Shown here one piece after another: positions 39,578-48,413 of a DNA stretch of 64,000 nt. Under the pieces are notes generated by a model. It did no database searches. It was not told where the DNA came from and was given only the letters and a program-made list of their open reading frames with translations. This stretch comes from Candidatus Saccharimonadota bacterium (GTDB taxonomy: Bacteria > Patescibacteriota > Saccharimonadia > Saccharimonadales > AWTP1-31): contig JAPLYT010000006.1 in the NCBI GenBank assembly GCA_026395435.1, positions 31,587 to 95,586 of the forward strand. Direction: 5' to 3'. Position 1 is the first letter of the stretch. The number at the start of each line of letters is the position of its first letter. The translations under genes and the position numbers were made by a program.

Positions 39578-39604
39578 CTAGCACTCCCATGCCCTAACTG
39601 CTAA
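39578..39604 (+). promoter_or_regulatory. CIRCE operator upstream of dnaJ (CTAGCACTC-N9-AACTGCTAA)
   Basis: Read directly in the dnaK-dnaJ spacer, ending 5 nt before the ATG at 39610. Confidence 0.7.
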
Positions 39605-39609
39605 AATGA

Positions 39610-40722
39610 ATGGATACTATGAGCAAACGTGACTATTACGAAGTACTCGGTATTGGCAAATCAGCCAGTGATGACGAGATCAAAAAAGCTTTTCGCAAGA
39701 AAGCCGTCGAGCATCACCCCGATAAGCAGGGCGGCGATGAGGCCAAATTCAAGGAAATAAATGAAGCGTACGAGGTCTTAAAAGACGAACGCAAGCGGCA
39801 ACGATACGACCAGTTTGGCCATGCTGGCGTCGGCAGTAGTGCGGCCAGTGATGGACCTGCTGGTAATCCGTATGCTGGATTTGGCGGCCAGACAGGAAAC
39901 TTCGACTTTGGTGACTTGGGCCTCGGCGATATCTTCAGTAGTTTCTTTGGCGGTGGCCAGCCAGGGCAGCAGCAAAGTGCCCGGGGTCGTGATGTCGAGA
40001 CATCAGTAGACCTAAGCTTTGAACAGGGAATATTCGGTGTCGAGCATGACCTTCGGGTCACACTTGAAGATACCTGTGAGCACTGCAAGGGCACAACAGC
40101 CGAACCAGGCTACGAGCTCAAAACCTGTGATACCTGTAAGGGAAGTGGCCAAACCATGCGAGTCACGCGGACGGTATTTGGCGATATTCAGCAAGCGACC
40201 ATCTGCCATACCTGTAAGGGTACCGGAAAAGTACCAGAGAAAATGTGTACCGTCTGTCATGGCAAAGGTACTAAGCAAAAGTCACAGAACATCAAGATCA
40301 AGATCCCAGCTGGCATCGATGATGGCGCCACGATTCGACTGCGAGAGCAGGGTGAAGCTGTTGCTAATGGCCCGAAGGGTGATCTGTATGTTCATATTCG
40401 GGTTAAACCTCATAAGCATTTCACGCGAGAGGGCGACCTTATATTGAGCGAAGAACGAGTAGGCATGGTAGATGCAGCCCTTGGTACTGAGATTGACGTC
40501 GATACCGTTGATGGCAAAATCCGGATGAAAGTGCCTGCTGGGTCGCAAAGCGGCACCGATTTCAAGCTATCCGGCCATGGCGTGCCACACATGCGTGGGT
40601 CTGGCCGCGGTGCTCATATCGTGACACTCATCGTCGAAACGCCAACCAAACTCAACAAGAAACAGCAAGAATTATTACAAGAACTTCGCGACAGCAGCGG
40701 CAAGCACGGCTTCTTCCGATAG
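39610..40722 (+). CDS. dnaJ: co-chaperone DnaJ
   Basis: J domain (KRDYYEVLG...HPDK), G/F region, four CxxCxGxG zinc-finger repeats. Alternative start at 39619. Confidence 0.95.
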   Translation: MDTMSKRDYYEVLGIGKSASDDEIKKAFRKKAVEHHPDKQGGDEAKFKEINEAYEVLKDERKRQRYDQFGHAGVGSSAASDGPAGNPYAGFGGQTGNFDFGDLGLGDIFSSFFGGGQPGQQQSARGRDVETSVDLSFEQGIFGVEHDLRVTLEDTCEHCKGTTAEPGYELKTCDTCKGSGQTMRVTRTVFGDIQQATICHTCKGTGKVPEKMCTVCHGKGTKQKSQNIKIKIPAGIDDGATIRLREQGEAVANGPKGDLYVHIRVKPHKHFTREGDLILSEERVGMVDAALGTEIDVDTVDGKIRMKVPAGSQSGTDFKLSGHGVPHMRGSGRGAHIVTLIVETPTKLNKKQQELLQELRDSSGKHGFFR

Positions 40723-40749
40723 CTATAGCCACCCCAAACAATGGGATGT

Positions 40750-42633
40750 CTATCGTACGAGTCTATTCAGGCCGTTTCGAGCCAAGCCGCCCCATTCAAC
40801 AACGGTAAAGCCATTTCGTTTCGGCGTTTTGAGCGTTTGAGCTGGCATGTTAACAGGTTTCTGAAGCCCTTCGAAGTCGAGGAATACGCGGATGGTGGTG
40901 TCGGGTTTTGGAAGGACGGTCAGCGGTGCAAGCTCATTGAGCTGGCGAGTGCTGAGCCACGATAGACGGACAAAAGGCGTGTTCGGGAGGTTTGGTTTCC
41001 AGAAACTAATGAACTCAGTTATTTCACGCCCCTGCAGCCCTTGTTGCTTGAGTTGTTCGGTGATTGTAGCAATTGCTTTACTTCGAGCCACCACAGTGCC
41101 GCTGGTGATGTCAGGATAGGCACCGTTGCCTTGTCCCTCCCAGAAGAGCGATCCAAACGATTTTCCTTGGTAGGTGAGAGCGCCATTTGGCTGAGCCAAA
41201 ACATTCGTCCATCCGCCTGTAGGATACAAAGGATCAGAAATGGTCACATTTGCTCCTACACTAACTGATACATTAGTTGCTTTTTGCGGGTAGAGATACA
41301 CAACTGGCTTGGCGCAACCACCTTTTGGTGCAGCTTTATCGCTTATGTACACCATGAAGTCGCCGAGGCCGTTTTCGATCAAGAAATATGAATGCTTATC
41401 GACGAACTGTTGAAGCGAGAGATTCTTGTAGTCATCCAGGGCATTTTCTTTGGCGTAGTCTTTTTCGAACAGCTCAGTCACAATTGGCTGGTTATTTGCG
41501 AGTTGGTAGACGGTCTGACCGCCCGGAGTCTTCCCGACTTCACTGAGGTCAGACTTACTGACTTTACCTGCCACAAATGAAGCACCCGTACCACACCCTT
41601 GGCCACCCGTGTAATAGGTCGAAGTCGATTGATCGCCTTTACTCCACTTGATGGTTTCTGCGGCTTTTGAACCTGATTTGCTGAGTTCCCCATCGAGCGA
41701 ATAATTGTAACTAAACAGATCTCCGAAGTAGGCGTTCACGCTTTTGATTGAATAGGCACCTTTGTCTTTCTCGCCGACATAGTAATCAATGTTGTTTTTG
41801 GTAATAAGTTTGGTGCCTTTTTCTGGAGACTGTACTTCCAAAATATTTGTACCTTCCTTATATCGCAGAAAGGCAAACGTTAGAACGCCGCTCGTTTTTA
41901 GCGGTTGTTCTTTGATGGTGATCGTTGGGTCAGCCGTCAATTCACTCAGACTAGTCGATGAGCTCGTCTTGATATTAGGTTTTGCTTCGAAGTATGAATA
42001 GTCTTTAGCAAAGTTCGCGGGAAATGCCACTTCGTACTCTGAACCATTTTTTATGACAATAATATCGGCAGCATCAATACCTCCCGAGGCACGGTAGGCA
42101 ATAATGTCTTTTCCATCTTTTGTTTTGCCCACCAGGAAGCTCTTTGTGAAATTATTTCTTCCATTTGTGCACCCTTCTGTTCCGGTGCATTCATCTTGAT
42201 TGAATAGGATAAGGTCTTTAATCTCCGTAGGTTTGGCATAATAGGTGTTGCCATTAACGGTAATATCATCTGAAGAAGGCTTCGTCTTGACGGTATCTGC
42301 TGTGGCAGTATCTTTTTTGGAATTTGAAACAGATGCTGGCGTATCTTTTTTACCACCTAAGACAACAATACCAACCACTGCTGCGATAATCGCAACAACA
42401 AGTATGCCTATGCCTATTTTTTGACTCTTAGAAAATCTTGATAGAAATGATTTCTTCTTGGTTACTTCTTTAGCCGGTTCCGCGCTTGGTGCTGTAGGAG
42501 TTTCTTCGACTGGTTCTTCTGGCGCGGTCTCGTCAATTATAACCTCAGGTTCTGTATCGTGAACCGGTGGTTCATTTTCTGTCTTAGTCTCGTCGATTAC
42601 TTCGTCGACAGCTGGTTTTTTGTCGTTGTCCAT
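40750..42633 (-). CDS. membrane-anchored extracellular protein of unknown function (627 aa)
   Basis: Acidic N-terminal cytoplasmic region, one TM, and a large ectodomain. The C-terminal module carries GCAKPVVYLYPQ...GGWTNVLAQPNG...LFWEG. No family assigned. Confidence 0.55.
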   Translation of the reverse strand: MDNDKKPAVDEVIDETKTENEPPVHDTEPEVIIDETAPEEPVEETPTAPSAEPAKEVTKKKSFLSRFSKSQKIGIGILVVAIIAAVVGIVVLGGKKDTPASVSNSKKDTATADTVKTKPSSDDITVNGNTYYAKPTEIKDLILFNQDECTGTEGCTNGRNNFTKSFLVGKTKDGKDIIAYRASGGIDAADIIVIKNGSEYEVAFPANFAKDYSYFEAKPNIKTSSSTSLSELTADPTITIKEQPLKTSGVLTFAFLRYKEGTNILEVQSPEKGTKLITKNNIDYYVGEKDKGAYSIKSVNAYFGDLFSYNYSLDGELSKSGSKAAETIKWSKGDQSTSTYYTGGQGCGTGASFVAGKVSKSDLSEVGKTPGGQTVYQLANNQPIVTELFEKDYAKENALDDYKNLSLQQFVDKHSYFLIENGLGDFMVYISDKAAPKGGCAKPVVYLYPQKATNVSVSVGANVTISDPLYPTGGWTNVLAQPNGALTYQGKSFGSLFWEGQGNGAYPDITSGTVVARSKAIATITEQLKQQGLQGREITEFISFWKPNLPNTPFVRLSWLSTRQLNELAPLTVLPKPDTTIRVFLDFEGLQKPVNMPAQTLKTPKRNGFTVVEWGGLARNGLNRLVR

Positions 42634-42746
42634 AGGAAGGGCCTTTCTTATGCTATATATGCATTAAGCATAACCCTTATTAGATTAGACGGCAAACACT
42701 GCTTCTTTTGCTCGATTATCAAGTTTTGCGGTTGACTATAAACTTC

Positions 42747-43766
42747 TTAGTTTTGGGGAGCTTTATTGCGTCGGAAGTAGGCCTGTAGATCGAGTAATTT
42801 TAAGAGCGCCGAAAGTCTCCTGCCAGCAATTCTCTCATTAGGGATACTCTTGGGGGCTAACATTGGTCGGTGTGTATAGCCCAGTCTCTGGTGATTAGAC
42901 TCTTTTTGTTTAAACATATGCATATCAGCAGCATGCACGATATCTTCCGGTTTGGCGTGTATCTCAGGATCGTACGTAGCCCAACCAACGCTGAGGCCGA
43001 GACTCAAATTTCCATCATATTGTGCGTCAACGTGATCATCATAACGAGAAACTAGGTTATTGACTATCATTTCTCGAGCCGTTTCCAGGTCTATTCCATC
43101 GATATCGTCAATGACAGCTATATATTCATCGCCAGATGTTCGGGTAGCATCGTCACGAGCATTTTTTCTAGGGTAAACTCCCGCTTCGGCGTCTTCTGAC
43201 CGAGCCATTTTCAGCGAACGGACGATATGCTCTGCAACTGATTGCAGCTCAACATCTCCGCCTCTATGACCAAGAACGTCATTGAGCTGTTTGAAATTAT
43301 CAATATCAATCATGAGGATTGCAAACTTTTTATTCTCCCCAATCCTATCCCTAAGAGTCGTCATGAATGCTTCGCGTTTGAGCAGCCCAGTCAGTGGGTC
43401 GATAGAGTTTTTGGCTTGTTCTTCCTCAAGTTTTAGTGTGGTACCAATGAAGCGAGCTGTGATGCCAATTTTCCCGATATCTACGGGGTTCAGATCTTGA
43501 TCAATTTCATGTGGAGACGGTTCATAAGAGATAGCTGCCAGTGCCCCATAGCCGATGCCATCATCAACACCGCCATCTTCGTTGCGTGTATACATACCTT
43601 CATAAACATCCTGCAATCGTTCATAGGGAAGAGGTGACAAGGTATTTTCATCGAGATCATGGAAGACGATCTGTTCAATAGCCTGTACTTTTTGCGCGGT
43701 GATTTCTGCTTCTAACATAAAAATTCCTCGGTGCGAACCGAGGGATATTGGAGAAGACTCTAACAT
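42747..43766 (-). CDS. GGDEF-domain protein (diguanylate-cyclase-like), signature SGDEY
   Basis: LTGLLKREAF...FAILMIDIDNFKQLNDVLGHRGGDVELQ...TRTSGDEYIAVI. The N-terminal ~120 aa are uncharacterised. A later Met (43718) is a possible start. Confidence 0.7.
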   Translation of the reverse strand: MLESSPISLGSHRGIFMLEAEITAQKVQAIEQIVFHDLDENTLSPLPYERLQDVYEGMYTRNEDGGVDDGIGYGALAAISYEPSPHEIDQDLNPVDIGKIGITARFIGTTLKLEEEQAKNSIDPLTGLLKREAFMTTLRDRIGENKKFAILMIDIDNFKQLNDVLGHRGGDVELQSVAEHIVRSLKMARSEDAEAGVYPRKNARDDATRTSGDEYIAVIDDIDGIDLETAREMIVNNLVSRYDDHVDAQYDGNLSLGLSVGWATYDPEIHAKPEDIVHAADMHMFKQKESNHQRLGYTHRPMLAPKSIPNERIAGRRLSALLKLLDLQAYFRRNKAPQN

Positions 43767-43892
43767 GCCGTGGGTTCGCTACTTGCTCCGTGTATTCCAA
43801 GCGACCATATTGCGAAATACACTTCATTGCTGACTTATTATTAACTACCGTATTGTATCACTAAATATAGCTTATGTCAATAACTATACTAT

Positions 43893-45653
43893 TTAGTTAG
43901 CGGTCCATGTGGCATTATCGAAGTAAGCTGCCACACCCGAGTTGGCGGTGACGATGACTTGCAGACGAGCTTTTTTAACGTTAATGCTTGAAGGAATGTA
44001 ATTAAAAGAGACAGATGATACACCTACGCTTGTTACGGATTTTTTGAATTGACCACTAATCCAGACTCCGTTGGCGTCATATTCATCGATATAATAGCCA
44101 ATTTCTCCACTTACGTTCTGCGTAATATTCAAGTAGCTACCGAGACTATATGTTTTACCTGCTTCAATTACGACTGAATTGGAGAACAAATGTCCATTGG
44201 TCGTCGATGCAGCGAGACTGACAGAGATGACGATATTCTCAGGGCTTCCATGAGAGGCAGTGTCAAGCAAGATTGCTGACGGTTTATCGGTCGACCAACC
44301 TGTTAGGCCAGAGTCAAAAGAACTATTTGTCAGCAAATTGGTCGGACTCACTGGAGGAACGACGCTTGTGACTGTAAACCATTGAGCAGTATCAATATAT
44401 GCCGAAATACCACTGTTGGCTGCTACGCCAATTTGTAGTCGAGCCGAAGTCACCCGGGACGAGGTGGGGCTGTAGGCAAAGTTTATCGCGTCTACAAATA
44501 CGCTTCGCTGAGATGCCTTGAATTGACCACTAATCCAGACTCCGTTGGCGTCATATTCATCGATATAATAGCCAATTTCTCCACTGGCAAGGGCAGTCAT
44601 ATTAGAATAATTTTTTATCAAATAGTTTGAGCTATAGGTAACAGGAACTTTTGCAGAAAAGAGGTGTCCTTTTGCCGACCCAGCCGTCACTTTGATCGAA
44701 TTTGTTGGTTCAGGATAGCTGCCGTTATTTAGATTGTTGGGAGCAAAGACGGTCGTTGAGTCAGATGACCAGTTTGTAAGGCCGCTTGCGAAATTACCAT
44801 TTGCCAGAAGATTTACGTCTCCTTTTACTAAGGCATTACTCACCGTGGGTGCTGCAACACCTTTTAGTTTTGCATAGGCAGCAATTTGATCAAGTTTAGC
44901 GGTCGAATATTCATAATCATCATTATTGTTGCTGGCTTTCGTTTTGATATCGTGGAATACCAAGATGAGCCACTGTTTGTTCGCAACAGCGCTGTCTATG
45001 TAAGATTTTACGGTAGCGACAGATACAGTCCCTTGCACTTGTTGAACCCGGAGGAGATATTCACTGTAGGGCCAGGTGTTATAGCCAAGATCTGCAAAGC
45101 CACGTTGTGATTCGTAGTATTTAGCAATGTGAGCTAACGTGCTGGCGTTATAGTCACCATAGGGGCTGGCATACGATTTGGCGTCGATACCATGGCTAGC
45201 GAGTGCAGCTTTGCTGGTCACAAGTTCACTAACGACTTGGTCTTGGGTAAGGGCGATGGGTTGATCGACAGGATCGGTGGAAGCCATATATGGATGAGTA
45301 TTAGTATGTGAGCCAAGTTCCCAACCATAGGTAGCTTTGAGGGTAGTAATTTGATCCCACGTAAGATACGAGGCATCGGTATTCGCTTTACACGTATTAG
45401 GTATCGTCGCCATGCCGACACAATTGGTGATGACATAGTTGGTGCCACTATAGCCATATTTTGCCAGAGTCGGAGCTGCTTGGGTGAGGCTGCTGGCCAG
45501 GCCATCATCAAATGTGAAAGACACTTTAGCTGCCGCCGTCGGGTTCGTTACTGCTGCCTGAGCGTGGCCGACTATACCGACAATCGGCAAGCTACATAGT
45601 AGGCAGGAAATAAGAACTTGGAAAGTTGTTTGTAATTTTTGAGTAAATTTCAT
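43893..45653 (-). CDS. secreted polysaccharide deacetylase (CE4/NodB) with two tandem CBM4_9-like modules
   Basis: Signal peptide, then the NodB motifs VSFTFDDG and WELGSHTNTHP. Two repeats begin NLLANGNFASGLTNWS and NLLTNSSFDSGLTGWS, and each contains GEIGYYIDEYDANGVWISGQFK. Confidence 0.8.
   Translation of the reverse strand: MKFTQKLQTTFQVLISCLLCSLPIVGIVGHAQAAVTNPTAAAKVSFTFDDGLASSLTQAAPTLAKYGYSGTNYVITNCVGMATIPNTCKANTDASYLTWDQITTLKATYGWELGSHTNTHPYMASTDPVDQPIALTQDQVVSELVTSKAALASHGIDAKSYASPYGDYNASTLAHIAKYYESQRGFADLGYNTWPYSEYLLRVQQVQGTVSVATVKSYIDSAVANKQWLILVFHDIKTKASNNNDDYEYSTAKLDQIAAYAKLKGVAAPTVSNALVKGDVNLLANGNFASGLTNWSSDSTTVFAPNNLNNGSYPEPTNSIKVTAGSAKGHLFSAKVPVTYSSNYLIKNYSNMTALASGEIGYYIDEYDANGVWISGQFKASQRSVFVDAINFAYSPTSSRVTSARLQIGVAANSGISAYIDTAQWFTVTSVVPPVSPTNLLTNSSFDSGLTGWSTDKPSAILLDTASHGSPENIVISVSLAASTTNGHLFSNSVVIEAGKTYSLGSYLNITQNVSGEIGYYIDEYDANGVWISGQFKKSVTSVGVSSVSFNYIPSSINVKKARLQVIVTANSGVAAYFDNATWTAN
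44046..44584. repeat. 66-nt exact intragenic repeat (44046..44111 and 44519..44584)
   Basis: gaattgaccactaatccagactccgttggcgtcatattcatcgatataatagccaatttctccact is present twice, once in each CBM-like module. Confidence 0.9.
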
Positions 45654-45772
45654 GATTGGACACCTGCTTTTAGTTAATCCACCATGGATATAACGGTAAT
45701 ATACAATAGAAATGATATAGTAGCAATATTATTTGTAAATTAGCAAAAAAGCAGCTCAATATACTTATAAGC

Positions 45773-47452
45773 GTGATTGTAATCATGCTTGGCTTCGTAT
45801 GTATTATTACTGCAGTTGGCCATTACAGAAGTACTCCGCAGTCTGAGCAACGTGCTACTACATCATCGAAAAAAGATCGCTATATGGACCTTTCGTCTTG
45901 GAAGTATGTCCCCGGAGCTCGAGTTGCATCAGATGGTATTTTGATCACTCCTCAAGATCTAAAAATCGTTAATCAAGACGGTAGTGGCGGTCAGCCAAAT
46001 CCAGCGATCAATAGTGGTGGTCAATTCATTGCATATTCCGACGAAGTATCAATCAGCGCCACCATGACCGCTGCCGCGCAACATGCCGAACAGTCACTAC
46101 GACTTTACAGCCAGCCACCTGGCATCTATGACGAATGGCGATGGGAGCCACCAAGCCTCGACATTGTGTTACGCGGAAACGAACTAACACTCAAAAACTA
46201 TGATGGCACCAAAGAGACTCCCGATACAACAAAGTACCCTATCATGCAGGCGTCGCTATATCAGTTAGAAATGAAGAAAAACAGGACGATGCTCGATCTG
46301 TATCTGAACAACAAGCGGGTTGCTTCGGTGGATGGGAGCAGCCTCTATGTGACAAAAAAAATATGGTTTGGTGCATCGGCTGTTTCGCCGTGGAAACTGA
46401 TCGCTATTTCAATTCCCAATACTTCTAAGGCACGATTCCAAGATTCGTTGCCCTCGCCCAAGATGCAATCGAGTAGTCAGAGCTTAGGAACACTAATGGC
46501 TACTAAAAATAAAAAATTCGGAACGGCAATCAGCCTCAACCCTCTCATTGCCGATGTCGAGTATCAAAAATTGGCACTAACTGAGTTTAGTCAGTTTACT
46601 CCTGAAAATGAGCTCAAAGCGCAGTTTGTTCATCCAGCTCCACATAGTTACGAATTTGGACCAAGTGATCTACTCGTCAACATTGCCGAGCATCATGCCA
46701 TCTCAATCCATGGTCATGCGTTGGTTTTTGGTGAGGCGAACCCTGCTTGGATGCAATCAGCAAAGCCAGAACTACGCGAACAAATAATGGTCGACCATAT
46801 TACTTCCATCATGAAGCATTATAAAAAATCAATTTTAGAGTGGGATGTCATCAACGAACCGCTTTCGGATAATGATGCCGACTATGCTGATGGCGGCAAT
46901 GGGCTGCGGCATCATATCTGGTATCAAGCAATGGGCGAGAGTTATATCGCTAAGGCACTCCGCGCTGCTCGATTAGCTAACCCACAAGCTAAGTTGTATA
47001 TCAACGACTATGGCTTGGAAGCCGATGGTGATCGCTGGGAGGCGATGATTTCGCTCATTACGCGGTTGCAAGCAGACAATGTGCCTTTAGACGGCATTGG
47101 GTTTCAGTCGCATGTCTATCAGCCCGCTGACCATCAGGAATATGCAGTTATTGCTCGCCACATGAAGCAACTTGAAAGCCTCGGATTATCAACTAGAATT
47201 TCAGAAATTGATGTGCATGGCGAGGATCAAACGGTCCAGGCCCAGCAGTACACGTTCGCCCTTCAGGCCTGTTTAGTGAGCGTTAATTGCACGAGTTATT
47301 CTATGTGGGGTATGAGTGATGCGCATGGCTCAACGACGTCAGACCATACATATCCTCTCGAATATGGTGATGATTTACCCTGGGATGAAGCGTATAAGCC
47401 CAAACTAGCAGTGGCTAAAATCCGCGAAATGTTACAAGCCAAAAATAGGTAA
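45773..47452 (+). CDS. membrane-anchored GH10-like glycoside hydrolase with ~230-aa unknown N-terminal domain
   Basis: N-terminal TM. The catalytic half carries TPENELK, HGHALVF, WDVINEP (acid/base), LYINDYGLE, GIGFQSH and ISEIDVH (nucleophile). Confidence 0.75.
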   Translation: MIVIMLGFVCIITAVGHYRSTPQSEQRATTSSKKDRYMDLSSWKYVPGARVASDGILITPQDLKIVNQDGSGGQPNPAINSGGQFIAYSDEVSISATMTAAAQHAEQSLRLYSQPPGIYDEWRWEPPSLDIVLRGNELTLKNYDGTKETPDTTKYPIMQASLYQLEMKKNRTMLDLYLNNKRVASVDGSSLYVTKKIWFGASAVSPWKLIAISIPNTSKARFQDSLPSPKMQSSSQSLGTLMATKNKKFGTAISLNPLIADVEYQKLALTEFSQFTPENELKAQFVHPAPHSYEFGPSDLLVNIAEHHAISIHGHALVFGEANPAWMQSAKPELREQIMVDHITSIMKHYKKSILEWDVINEPLSDNDADYADGGNGLRHHIWYQAMGESYIAKALRAARLANPQAKLYINDYGLEADGDRWEAMISLITRLQADNVPLDGIGFQSHVYQPADHQEYAVIARHMKQLESLGLSTRISEIDVHGEDQTVQAQQYTFALQACLVSVNCTSYSMWGMSDAHGSTTSDHTYPLEYGDDLPWDEAYKPKLAVAKIREMLQAKNR

Positions 47453-47578
47453 GCATAAGCATTCATATAATATATTTTACAATTAGTCATTTAAGATATA
47501 TAATCCACGATATTGGTATGAGTTGATAAGGTGAGGCTTACATCTTGTATCGACACCTATTAAACAAGGAGAGATGGT

Positions 47579-47749
47579 ATGTACGGAAAAGTACTTTCAG
47601 CTGCAGTATTATCTGCAGCAGTCATCCTACCTAACACTGGCTCTAGCCGAACCATGTCGATCGTTAGTATCGTCGTCGTTACGGTTGGTGCAGTAGCAAT
47701 CGCTACTACAGTAGGTAGTGCTATCGCTAAACGAGTCTTCAAGGCTTAA
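47579..47749 (+). CDS. 56-aa mini-protein made almost entirely of an N-terminal hydrophobic segment plus an LPNTG sorting signal
   Basis: Below the track's size cut-off. SD AAGGAGAG (47566..47573) precedes the ATG at 47579. Sequence: MYGKVLSAAVLSAAVI-LPNTG-SSRTMSIVSIVVVTVGAVAIATTVGSAIA-KRVFKA. LPNTG lies at 47627..47641, followed by a TM helix and a basic tail, directly upstream of a sortase. Confidence 0.6.
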   Translation: MYGKVLSAAVLSAAVILPNTGSSRTMSIVSIVVVTVGAVAIATTVGSAIAKRVFKA

Positions 47750-47765
47750 GCGGTGCAATAAGGGA

Positions 47766-47794
47766 CTGGTCATTCAGGTAATCTGGATGACCAG
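47766..47794 (+). terminator. strong hairpin between the mini-LPXTG gene and the sortase (possible terminator/attenuator)
   Basis: CTGGTCAT...ATGACCAG forms an 8-bp stem, extended by an inner CAG/CTG pair, and is followed by TTTCACATTTT. Confidence 0.4.
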
Positions 47795-47819
47795 TTTCAC
47801 ATTTTAGAATTGAAACATC

Positions 47820-48413
47820 ATGCACAGACATATAAAACTTGTTATTGGATTAGTAATAATTATTACAGGATCAGCCGTATTGATCCATGCGCGGCAGAAC
47901 ATTGTTGCGACCAAGACACCGACGTTGGTTCAAGATCAGCCAATTATCACAAAAACAGTAGTTGCTCAGCCGAGCGCGACTCGCCCAACCCCTTCACCTC
48001 TATCAGGAAATGCACGCCGACTTATTATCCCTAGTGTTAATATCGATATAGCGGTTGTTGATGGTTATTACAATCAAGATTCTCAGACATGGACACTAAC
48101 GAGCGACAAAGCTCAATTTGCGACACCGACTCGTAAACCAAATAATGAATCTGGCGGAACATTCATTTACGGCCACAATAATCGAAAAGTATTTAGCCGG
48201 CTACCTGATATCAAGATTGGGGCAATGGCGAGTATTCAGACCGATAACGGCCATACATTTACCTACCGCTATGAAAAAGTTGATGTGGTAAATCCTTCTG
48301 ATAGTGGAATTCTGGCATATACTGGGCCGCCCATTTTGACTGTCCAAACCTGCACTGGATTTTGGTATCAAAATAGATCATTGTTTACGTTTGTTCTGGT
48401 AGAGGCATCATGA
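47820..48413 (+). CDS. sortase family transpeptidase
   Basis: N-terminal TM, catalytic His in FIYGHNN, and the TLxTC-type motif LTVQTCTG. 197 aa. Confidence 0.85.
   Translation: MHRHIKLVIGLVIIITGSAVLIHARQNIVATKTPTLVQDQPIITKTVVAQPSATRPTPSPLSGNARRLIIPSVNIDIAVVDGYYNQDSQTWTLTSDKAQFATPTRKPNNESGGTFIYGHNNRKVFSRLPDIKIGAMASIQTDNGHTFTYRYEKVDVVNPSDSGILAYTGPPILTVQTCTGFWYQNRSLFTFVLVEAS

Noticed and set aside
47560-47742. Track ORF on the minus strand (60 aa, MKTRLAIALPTVVAIA...)
   Set aside because: The plus-strand 56-aa frame has a strong SD, an LPNTG-TM-KR sorting signal and sits next to a sortase. The minus-strand frame has no such support and is the mirror of a hydrophobic coding region.
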